Source of the DNA: Vicugna vicugna | Taxonomy: Eukaryota | Direction: 5' to 3' | DNA: 64,000 nucleotides | Assembly: GCA_013265495.1 (NCBI GenBank) | Contig: MU058213.1 | Location: 744,001-808,000, forward strand | Shown here: piece by piece, positions 27,062 through 36,974 of the stretch | How the letters are laid out: the number at the start of each line of letters is the position of its first letter | Numbering within the stretch: position 1 is the stretch's first letter | Program-made: the position numbers and the translations under genes | Notes under the pieces: generated by a model | Seen by the model: the letters and a program-made list of their open reading frames with translations, nothing else | Databases searched by the model: none | What the model was told of the DNA's origin: nothing

Positions 27062-28999
27062 GGGGGAGGAGGGGGGAGGGGGCGAGGCTGGAGATGTGGA
27101 AAGAGCAGAAAGGGGCCTGTGGCCACCGTTCAGGCAAGACGTGATGAGGGTCTGAACTAAAGCAATGCTGTGGGATGGATTCGGACCATGCTTCTGAAGG
27201 AGAGGGAGCTGGACTTGGTGACGTGTGGGGACGGGGAGAGGGAGAGGGAGAGGCCCAGGACGTCTCCTAGGTTTCTGCTTGGGAGGCTGAGGGGCCGTGG
27301 TACCAATGTCAGAGGGCGAGGACTAGGGGGGGAGGTGGGAGGGGACAGCCATTGAAGCTGGGCCAATTTAGTAGGCATTCCAGGGAGTGGGCCACGTCAA
27401 GTTTCAAAGAAGTGACGCCTGGAATATGAAGGTATTTCAGGGCACTGATCTGAACATTAGAACAGAGCCCAAATTGAGAGGGATGTATTTGTGGGGTGGG
27501 TGGCAGTGGGGACTCCTCTGAGGGGGAATGTCTACCAGACAGAGGTCACGACGGGGCTGGAGCTCGTGTTGGGTGCCTACAGCCAAGGGGCAGCTGGCAT
27601 AGTTCCTGAGATCTCTAAGGAACACAGTGGGTAGAGGACAGTCCCTAAGGGTGAGATATCAGAGGGAACCAGCTACTGACCACCACCGAGTGCTGGGCCC
27701 TGACCTCCCACAGCTGACCTGGGAGGGAGGCAGCGCATCTGTGTTACCACTGAGGAGACGCTGAGGGATTAAACAAGATCACGGTCAGTGATGGTGGCTG
27801 AGTCTGTACGTGGTGGGACTCTACGACCCTTACTGTGGAGCTGGCACGATCAGGCTGCTCTGCTTTGTCACAGAAATTGAGGTAGAGAGAGTGAAAGGGC
27901 CTGCCCACCAGAGCCCGGCCTGTGCTGGGGACCCAGTAACGTGGCCCCAGTCAGCCGAGGCGGCCAGCGCAAGGTCGTGCTGAGGACTCCAGGTAATAGC
28001 ATTAGGTGAGCCGTGGGCTTTTCAGCAAGGGAGCCGCGTCCCTGACGTGGATTATTCCAGCATTTGCGCTTCCAGAAGTAGGTCGGAGAGAGAACGAACA
28101 GCAGGACAATCAGCTAGGTTAAGAGACTGTCGTCATGTTCTGGGCAGGAGGAAATGAGCTCGGGACAGAGCAGCAGCTGCAGGAGTGGAAGGCAGGAGGG
28201 ACCCGAGGGGCCACGTGGAGAAGGATAGCTAGGAGGTCATCCCTCACAAGGGGAGAAGCAGAAAAAACTGCCAGTATTCCCAGTCTGGACAGAGGCAATG
28301 TTTTTCTTCTCAGACAGAATTTTCATTTTTTTCAAATTATAAGAGCCATATGTGGTCATTAGAATTGGAAACAAAAGGACATGAGGAAGGAAAACCAATC
28401 ACCTACATGCCCTGTCCTGACAAATGACTGACCTCTACTGGCATTTTATGTTCTCTTCTAGTATCTTCATAAGCACATATGTGTATACATTTAAAAAATT
28501 GAACTTACGTGCCGTGTGCAATTTTGAACTTTAGTTTTTTGCTTAGTATGTTCATCTCCACATGTCATTGCACATTCTTGGAAAACGCTAGTTTTTAAAT
28601 GGCGACCACAAGTTTTGAATCAGATCAAACTTAAATCACACTGCATAGCTAGCATGTTCGATCTGGTGGGCTGAACGTGAGCAAGCTATAAACTAAACTG
28701 GAAAGATTGTACAGTATCTTAAAACTATAAATGTGATACCTGGCCACTGTAGAAAGTTTGGAAAAATAAAAAAGGGGTAAAGAAGAAAACAGTCACCTAT
28801 AATCCCTTTGCCCAGAGAGACTCCTTTTCACACTTTCGCATATGCAAAAACAGAATTTTAGGCTCACTGGGGTCATACTGTTCGTGTATTCTGTTCATAT
28901 TTTTACAACCTGATGTTTTTTCATTTAGTATTTATAACATGAGCTAAATTTAATTTTAGTACATTCTACTGTACCTACTGTCAACCATTTTGTCAACCA

Positions 29000-30590
29000 A
29001 AAATGGGCAAAGTACCCTCATACTTTGCTGGTGGGAATGTAAATGGTGTAGCCTCTGTAGAAAACAGTTTAGCAGTTACTCAAAAATTTAAACAGAGTTG
29101 TTACCAAATGACCAAGCAAATTCACTCCTGGGTATATCCGAAGACAACTGAAAACGTATGCTCACGTAAAACTCATACACTAATGCTCATAGCCGCTTTT
29201 AAGCCAAAAAGTGGAAACAACAAAAATGTCCATCGACAGATGAACAAACTGTGGTCTGTCCATACAGTAGACTGTTATTTGGCAACAAAAAAGGATGAGA
29301 TTCTGATGTGCGCTCCAACATGGATGAACCTTGAAAATGTTATGCTAAGTGAAATAGGGCAGATGCAAAAGATCACAAATTGTGATTCCATTTATATATT
29401 TCCAGGATAGGCAAATCCACAGAGACAGAAAGTAGATTAGAGGTTGCCAACAAATAGGGGGAGAGGGGCTTGGGAGTGAGCATGGGGTTTCTTTTTTGGG
29501 GTGATGAGAATGTTCTAGATATACATATGGTCAACACATATAAAGAGGTGCCCAATATATCCAGAGGGAACCTTAATTCAAAAAGACACATACACCCCAA
29601 TGTCCACAGCACCACTATGTACAATAGACAAGACATGGAAACAACCTAAATGTCTATTGACAGATGACTGGGTAAAGAAGTTGAGGTATATTTATACAGT
29701 GGAATCCTAACAATAAAATAATGCTATTTGCAGCAACATGGATGGACCTAGAGATCGTCATTCTAAGTGAAGTAAGCCAGAAAAAGAAAAATACCATATC
29801 ACTCATATGTGGAATCTAAAAAAGAAAAGATAAATTAACTAATTTATAAAACAGAAAGACTCACAGACATAGAAAACCAACTTACGGTGACCAGAGGGGA
29901 AAGGTGGGGTGGGAAGGGATAAACTGGGAGTTTGAGATCTGCAGATACTAACTACTATATATAAAATAGGTAAGTTTATACTGTATAGCACAGGGAACTA
30001 TATTCAATATCTTGTAGTAACTTGTGGTGAAAAAGAATATGAAAACAAATCTATGTAGGCTCATGTATGACTGAAGCATTATATTGTACACCAGAAATTG
30101 ACACATTGTAAACTGACTATACTTCAATTAAAAAATATATATATAAAGAGGTGCTCAACATCATTAGTCATCAAAGAAATGCAAGTTAAAACCACACTGT
30201 GAATCCAGTACTCACCCATCAGTGTACCTTACAGTAGAAAAGACCGATGGTATGAGGTGTGGACAAGGATGGAGAGAACCGGACCTCTTCTGCTGGTGGG
30301 AGCATGCACTGGAACAAGCGCTTTGGACAACTGGTTGATAGGACCTACTAGAGCTACACACACCAATAATTCCTCTCCTTGATATCTACTCAACAGGAAT
30401 GAATGCTTAGATCCTCAAAAAATAAAATGAGTAAGAATGTCATAGCAGCTTTATTCATAATAGCCCCAAACTGGAAAAATGTTCATCAGTAGACAGACTA
30501 GATACATAAATTGTGATCTGTCCATGCAATAAAGAATAAACTGCTGGTACACATGGCAGTGTGGCTGTATCTCACAGACTTATTATAAAA
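29000..30590 (+). mobile_element. Cluster of old L1M 3' fragments containing a younger 5'-truncated L1 (29556-30140) with an 18-bp TSD
   Basis: L1 ORF2 C-terminal remnants (AGGNVNG...WMNLENVMLSE); TSD ATATAAAGAGGTGCCCAA (29538-29555) / ATATAAAGAGGTGCTCAA (30141-30158). Confidence 0.85.
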
Positions 30591-30960
30591 CCTATATAAT
30601 GTTTAGTGTCAAAACCTCTTTTTATTCCATAATCTGCACTCTGAGGTTTATGTTGACATGTGAAGTGTTACCTGGATCAATTTTTAAAACTGAGTAAATG
30701 GTTGTAAAGATGCTTAATTTTTCCCCTGATGCCAACACTAAATATATTTTGGGGGAAAAAACCCCACTGTAGCTATTTCAAAAGAAAAGCATGTGAATTG
30801 TAGAGAAATTAGAACATACGGATTAACCACCACCATCACCTTTCACCCGAGCTCCCAGCACATGGAAAGACCACTGCCAACACCTTGGTGTGCACACACC
30901 TGAATGCTTTCTTGAGAATTTAGAACAGCCTGAGTATTTTAATGTAATATTAACACATAC

Positions 30961-31030
30961 CTTCCACAGAGCCAACACTTGGAACTGATGAGCAGAAAGG
31001 CGAGAAGTTAGAGCTGCAGCTCCAATGTGC
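30961..31030 (-). other. GNB5: Probable non-coding first exon of long GNB5 isoform (5' end approximate)
   Basis: Unique sequence ending GAAG|GTATGT (donor at 30960); the 26168 exon has an acceptor and so needs an upstream exon; photoreceptor-type motifs lie immediately upstream. Confidence 0.65.
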
Positions 31031-31090
31031 TGAAGCAACTGCAGCCCATCTAACTAATCTCCTTATCCTCTCCTCATCCGGGGTTAGAGC
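31025..31090 (-). promoter_or_regulatory. Candidate photoreceptor promoter of Gbeta5L with CRX/OTX-like and NRL/Maf half-site motifs
   Basis: + strand CTAATCTC (31054-31061), TTATCC (31063-31068), GGGTTAG (31081-31087), TGCTGA (31028-31033); Gbeta5L is known to be retina-restricted. Confidence 0.5.
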
Positions 31091-31909
31091 TCAGCTGCTC
31101 CTTTCCTTCCCACCAGCAGCTCCGTGTTCACGGCTGGGGCACTCGCTGCAGTCTGCATCACTCACTCACCGCTTGAACTTTCTGACCATCCATGCTGCCA
31201 GGTGCCCTCAGAACCCCACTGACCAGTTTCTTGGGCTCAGTTCTCTGCTCTCTGCAGGACGCAGAGTTTGGCAGGTTTGACCCCCCGTGAATTCACCCTC
31301 TGCTTCACTTAGCAATCCTGACATTCACCTGTGACTGCAGGTTATAAGCAGTTCCTATGCCTCACAGTCCTCACCCCACCAGCACCTCATTGTTTTGGCC
31401 ATGCTTCCCACCTTCCCCTTTGTAGAACTGATCAAGGCTGTAGGGTGAGCACTCTCCTGACCCTCTCCCCCTTCCCCATGCATAAACTCTTCAGCCTCTG
31501 CACTTCTTGCTGTCTCCAAACAAGACATACACCTTCCCAAGGCTGACCCCCAACAAACCCTGCTGGGCTTGGCTCCTGCAGTTCTCCTGCTCTCCAGCAT
31601 CAGGATGACCTCAGGGATGAGCACCATGCAGATCTGCTCTCCAGGAGCTCACAGGGTAGCCGAGGGAATGGCCAATGCTACCGGTTTATAGCCTGGGTAA
31701 GTGCTGCAAAACAGGCAGGAACCCTGAGTTATGGGAGCCGAACAGGAAGGGTGATGAGCGTTTGTGGCATTGGGGAGATCTGGAAGGAGAACAGAGAAGG
31801 CCACAGGTGCTGATAGGAAACCCAGCTGACTCTCTGCCAAGTAACCCCTCATTCTGGCACAGTCTGGGAGCCCCAAGGGCACAGACTGAGCCAGGACTTA
31901 GGGCAAATT

Positions 31910-33312
31910 TAGTTCCTCTCTGAACAGTTTAATGTATGTCTTTATAAGGTATTATCAATTTATAAAGATTCCTGCATCTTTAAGTATGATCCTTAAAGAA
32001 AGGCATCAAATTTGTGCACTTTAAAAAAAGTAATCTCCTAGCAATTAAAAGAATCTGACCCAATTCATTTGGTAATTCATTTTATTGATTAGAATGTTAC
32101 AAAGTTCTACTCCTCATTCCTACATATACAATGTATCTAGATGAATTAAATCATTTCTAGTATGAAAAGACATTATTACACATTGGTAAAGTGATGCTGC
32201 TTCAGAATTATGGATAATTTCCACCCCTAAGATGTATGTCTGTGTTACAGAGCTACAGCTATTGCCTGGGACTTTGGGGTGCTGCGGGAGAGCACTGGGT
32301 CCACAGGCCATTGGCTAGGAGTGCCTATCAAATGACGTTTCATGCTCTGGAAGGAAGAAATGAGAAGGCGTGGGGCATCAAGGAATAGTCAGTGCCCACA
32401 AAACCTGGGAAACAGGTTTCTCAAAAGGAGGAACTGACATAATTCTTCAGTTATTTTTATGAGAAAAAATTTAAACATATTTGAATGCTGATATGATAGA
32501 GAAAATCATTTAGGTTGCCTTTTCAAACTCATTTTTTTAAAAAAAGTTATTGTATGAAAGATATTAAACAATGAAAAATTGTGGCAAATATGTTGGCAGA
32601 TAAAATTTTAAAAAAGTTCTTTTGGAGGAGATGATAATGGTGTGGCAGTTAAGCTTGAATGACATATTAGTTCTATACAGAAAAATACATAAAGCTACTC
32701 TTCATATGATTCATTTCAGATTGAATAGTCTCTTGAAAAATTAGAGGAGCCTGAAATAAATTTTTTTAATGCAGGAGCATTTTTAGTAAAAAGGGTCAGG
32801 GGAAGCACCCCAACCCCCTCAGGCAGGCGTGGGGTGAGAAGACTGCTGACAGGCTGTCACGGCCAAACGAGATTATTTGGAAGACTTACCCCCGGAACCC
32901 ATTTGTGGCTTCATAAATGTACCTGGACTTCACATGAACCTTAGAAAACTTGGGAGAAACTGTGTCCCCAGGTCTCACTCACCCTGGGAGGGCGCTTGTC
33001 ACAAGACAGATCTAGACAAGAGGCACTGGCAGAAAGTATGAGCCTTGCAGGAATTCCAGTAAAAGCTGGCTGAGATTCCAAGGCTAGATGTGGCCTTTCC
33101 AACCTCAGCTGGTGGGTGTGAATTCTTACAAGGTGATAGCGGCAGCACTGTCACCCTGAGCAAAAGAAGATGTGGCCCATTTGGGAGAATTCTTACTTCC
33201 TTTTTTAAATCATATTCCAAAGCATTTCTGGTTCCAACGAGCAAGCCACATCCCTCACATTTGACCTCCATTTAGCTACTGAGGGAAAAGCGCATTTACT
33301 TTCCTTTTCCTG
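31910..33312 (-). other. MYO5C: MYO5C 3'UTR (end approximate)
   Basis: AU-rich unique sequence after the stop; candidate poly(A) signals AATAAA (32081-32086) and ATTAAA (31928-31933, 32765-32770) on minus strand. Confidence 0.6.
32081..32086 (-). terminator. Candidate MYO5C polyadenylation signal AATAAA
   Basis: + strand tttatt, ~1.2 kb after the stop codon. Confidence 0.5.
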
Positions 33313-33465
33313 CTATAATCTATTGAGAAAGCCTAGCTTGAAACTGCTGGGGATCTCGATCATTTCCAGAGCATGTGGAGAGGGGGTGAAAGGAAATGTG
33401 ACTTGAAAGAGGTATTTGGTATCCAACATCAGGTGTGATGAATCCTCTCGGCTGTTTAGGAGAGC
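33313..33465 (-). CDS. MYO5C: MYO5C terminal coding exon ALLNSREDSSHLMLDTKYLFQVTFPFTPSPHALEMIEIPSSFKLGFLNRL*
   Basis: Manual translation; myosin V C-terminus; ttctcattccAG acceptor; TAG at 33313-33315. Confidence 0.96.
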   Translation of the reverse strand, partial: ALLNSREDSSHLMLDTKYLFQVTFPFTPSPHALEMIEIPSSFKLGFLNRL

Positions 33466-33819
33466 CTGGAATGAGAACCAAGAGGACAAACGAATAAGGA
33501 AACCAGCGTGTTCTGCTTCATTGCTGTCTGCAAGTCAAGAGTAAGGAAAACACAACACCTCTAGGTCCAGGAGAAACTCCTTTCAAAATCACGGGAGATG
33601 ACACACAGAAGGACTTTTTAACAGCACAGCTCCAAGGTGAAATGGTCTGACCAGGACTTCCAAATCAGCTCTCAGGAATACTTACTTAATTTCCCACAGG
33701 ATGCACTGGCTGGAAATCGTTGTTTTCTATTCTTACCTATTCTCATGGCATAATTCTAAGCCCAAACATGAGTAGAGCTCAATATTAAATTTTTATAGCA
33801 TTTATATTTCTTTTTAGTT

Positions 33820-34300
33820 CAGTGGTGTGCAAACTTTTCTGGTCTCAGGACCCTCTTTATACTCTTAAATTATTGAGGACCGCAAGCAGCTTTTGTGAAT
33901 GTGGGTACAGCTATTGATATCTATCATATTAGTAATTAAAACAGTAGTTTAAAATATTCATCAATTCATTAAAATAATAAGAACAAACCCAATACATGTT
34001 AACATATTTTTATTGAAAAATAACTATTTTTGGAAACAAACAAAAAACTAGTGAGAAGTGGTACGGTTTTGTAATTTTGTAAATCTTCTTAATGTCTGAC
34101 TTAGTATGACAGGCGGAATCCCTTATCTGCTTCTGCATTTACCTGTTGTGATATATTATATCGGTTGAAGTCTATGAACAAAAGTCTGTCTCACACAGGT
34201 ATGTATTTGGAAAAAGGAAGACTTTGCAGACTCCCTGAAATCATCTCAAGGACACCCCCCTACCTCCAAGGACCCTTGAACCAAACTTTGAGAACTGCTG
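33820..34300 (+). mobile_element. hAT-Charlie element (Charlie1-derived) in last MYO5C intron
   Basis: Termini CAGTGGTGTGCAAACTTT...CTTTGAGAACTGCTG; GGTCTCAGGACCC...TTATTGAGGACC as in recalled Charlie1 ends. Confidence 0.65.
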
Positions 34301-34618
34301 CCCTAATTCATTGGGGAAGAAACTGTAGGGATTAAAATAAGAAAAAAATGGGTACACAGGTTCTCTGTTTCCACTCAGCCTCTGTTCCCCTGCACACACT
34401 CAAAGGCTGACAAGAAATAAGACATGCTGAAGGAAGCAGAATGTGAGTCACGGTTCTGAAAATTGGGGGAATTTGACAAGGAAAATTCCTGCTGCTGTTG
34501 CTGGGCACCTTTCATAGGTTTGTTTGGTATATGTACTTTATTCCTGAATTTCTATAATGTTAATTACATATCACTTTCTTATACTAAAAATTAAAAAGTA
34601 TTTCCTTAAGGATCTCAC

Positions 34619-34699
34619 CTGCACTTTGCGAACGAAGGATGGAGTCACTCTTTTCTCGAAGTCATCAATAGGTGTGTACAAATTAAGGATCTTTATGAT
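34619..34699 (-). CDS. MYO5C: MYO5C penultimate exon [27 protein letters not shown]
   Basis: Conserved myosin V dilute-domain motif (KILNLYTP); 81 nt, phase 0/0; ttgcAG / GTGAGA. Confidence 0.96.
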
Positions 34700-35205
34700 C
34701 TGCAAAGAGCACACGAGCTGGTGTTAGCCCAGGAGAAAGGACAACTCTGTCCATGAGATAATGGTTCCGATGGTCTGGGAAGAGTCGGGAACCAGAGGTG
34801 GTTCTTTTACACTGTAATTTGGTTCCAGGAACCATGTGTTATGTTTTTGCAAGGAAAGAGAAAACAAATGAGAAGAGCATAGAAGGGAGCAAAGATAATC
34901 ATATAATTAGACGACAGTGAGAGAATCCCCCATTTCCAGCCTCCTTCCCTGCTCCCCTCCCCCCCCACATCTGTGATTTTAGTGGGCAGAGAACGTGTCA
35001 CATGCACTTTTATGTTTTTAAGGCCTAGAGTTAGTATTTAATAAATGCTCGTTAGAAAAGAAGGTGGGCCATGGGAGATATGTATGCTCCTCAGAGAGCA
35101 CACAGGGAGGCAGATGCTCTGCATGGCTGGCTGAGCCAGCGAAGGCGATGCCAATTACACCATCTGTTGGGGAGGATCAGGGAGACACTCAGCAAGCCTG
35201 GTCAC

Positions 35206-35380
35206 CTGCACAGCAGACAGGGAGGTACAGCGTTCGTAGATCTCCTTGGCATCACTGTCTGTGGTCTTCTTGACCTGAAGCAACCAGGCTGCCTGAGAGA
35301 GAGGTTCCAAAGTTTCCTTGGCCAAGCTGTTCTGCAAATTCTTATCTTGAAGCCACTCTTCTAAGTAGCTGATGTTGCAC
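35206..35380 (-). CDS. MYO5C: MYO5C exon (R)CNISYLEEWLQDKNLQNSLAKETLEPLSQAAWLLQVKKTTDSDAKEIYERCTSLSAVQ
   Basis: Dilute (DIL) domain; 175 nt, phase 2 in, 0 out; canonical splice sites. Confidence 0.96.
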
Positions 35381-35984
35381 CTGGAGTAAAAGCCAGGGGA
35401 GCAGAGAGCAGTGGGTGATCCATTTAGAACACTTTAAGGAGGTTGCCAAACCCCCTAGTGTGTCCCGATATGGTACCGGAGTTCACTGAGATCCTTTGGA
35501 CCACAGACCAGCAGTTTCTTCATTTGTAACAAGAGAGAGTTGGACCAGATGATCATGGTCCTAGAACATCGTCATGATCCATGGTTTTAAGGACAGTTGA
35601 TGTTCTAGGCGGAGGGTCCATAACAGCCATAAACTTGGGAGAAAATCTGAGCAAAGAACAGTGACTACAATAATTTATTTATTAAGTCATCTATTAAAGT
35701 AGCCTTAATAATAGATTCAAAAATATATTAAAGGAAAAAATTATAGCAATATTTGAAGGTAAGACATACATTGGTATAAAAATTGTTTGATTTCCTTTCC
35801 TAAATAGGCAGAAAAATTTCAACTGGTAGAAGGCTTTCTTTCAGGCCACTGGGGTTTTTAACCCTTGTTTCTGTCACTGGTTATCACAGGTTTACAAGGT
35901 AAGAGGCATGGGTTGTAGTCCTACCAATCCATTGTGTGAGCCTGGAGAGTTACTCAACCTCTCTGGGTAAATCAGAGGGTTGAG

Positions 35985-36660
35985 AATACTCACCCACTGC
36001 TAGTGGGAATGTAAATGGTAGAGCTGTTAAGGAAAACAGTTTGGCAGTTCCTCAAAATGTTAAACATAGAAGTACCACCTGACCCAGCAATCCCACTTCT
36101 AGATATTTACTAAAGAGAACTGAGAGCATGTCCACACACACATACACAAAACCATATAGAAATATTCATAGGACCATTATTCATTATAGCCAAAAATGAA
36201 AACAACTGAAATATCCACCAACTGATGGGTAAACAAATTGTGCTTTGTCCGTACAATGGAATATTATTCAGCCATAAAAGGAGTGAAGTACTGATAGCTG
36301 CTACCACATGGATGATCCATGAAAACATTATGCTAAGTGAAAGAAGTCAGTCACAAAAGACAACCTATTTCATGATTCCATTTATTTAAAAATGTCCAGC
36401 ATAGGCAAATCTACAGAGAAAGAAAGATATTTGTTGCTTAGGTAGAGGGGGAGAGGACTCCCCAGTGGGATGTGGGTAGGGGATAAGAGTGGCTGCAACT
36501 GGGTGTAAGTTTTCTTTCTGGAGTGATGAAAATGTTCTAAAATTACATTATGGTGATGGTTGCGTTATTCTGTAAATATACCCAAACCCACTGAACTATA
36601 CACTTTAAATAACGAACTTTGTGTCACGTAAATTATGGACCAATGAAGATGTTTTTAAAA
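35985..36660 (+). mobile_element. L1MB-like 3' fragment
   Basis: GACCCAGCAATCCCACTTCTAG, TACAATGGAATATTATTCAGCCATAAAA, CATTATGCTAAGTGAAAGAAG motifs. Confidence 0.8.
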
Positions 36661-36974
36661 GTTGAATGTTGATCTTTGAGGTCAGTCCTAGCTCTGACCT
36701 TCCTGAGTAGCAACTCCCTGTAGGGGTCTTCTCTTTGGTTATAACTGGGACAACAATGCTGAATTAATGTATTCCACAGGGACTAATGAGTGTGAGATAA
36801 CATCTCTTGCACTGTTTATCCCTTTTGGCAATGTTAATTTTGCCCCACTAGTTTAAGATTCCTAATGGGCCTCCCATCTCACCCCTATAATCCATCCTAT
36901 TCAATCCTGCCACAGTCTTTCTAAATCTGAATTTTGAACAGGTTAATTTTCCCACTCAAAAATCTGGGTTGGAG

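Noticed and set aside
29003..29410. 135-aa ORF as an independent gene
   Set aside because: Recognisable degenerate L1 ORF2 C-terminal and 3' sequence
30961..31044. Non-AUG N-terminal extension of Gbeta5L (leader is stop-free in frame, with TTG/GTG/CTG codons)
   Set aside because: About 30 open codons is not unusual by chance, the TSS is unknown and I have no conservation or ribosome-profiling evidence
32889..32960. First exon of the long GNB5 isoform ending at the GTAAGT donor
   Set aside because: Lies inside the MYO5C 3'UTR upstream of its poly(A) signals; the 30961 donor with CRX-like sites fits better
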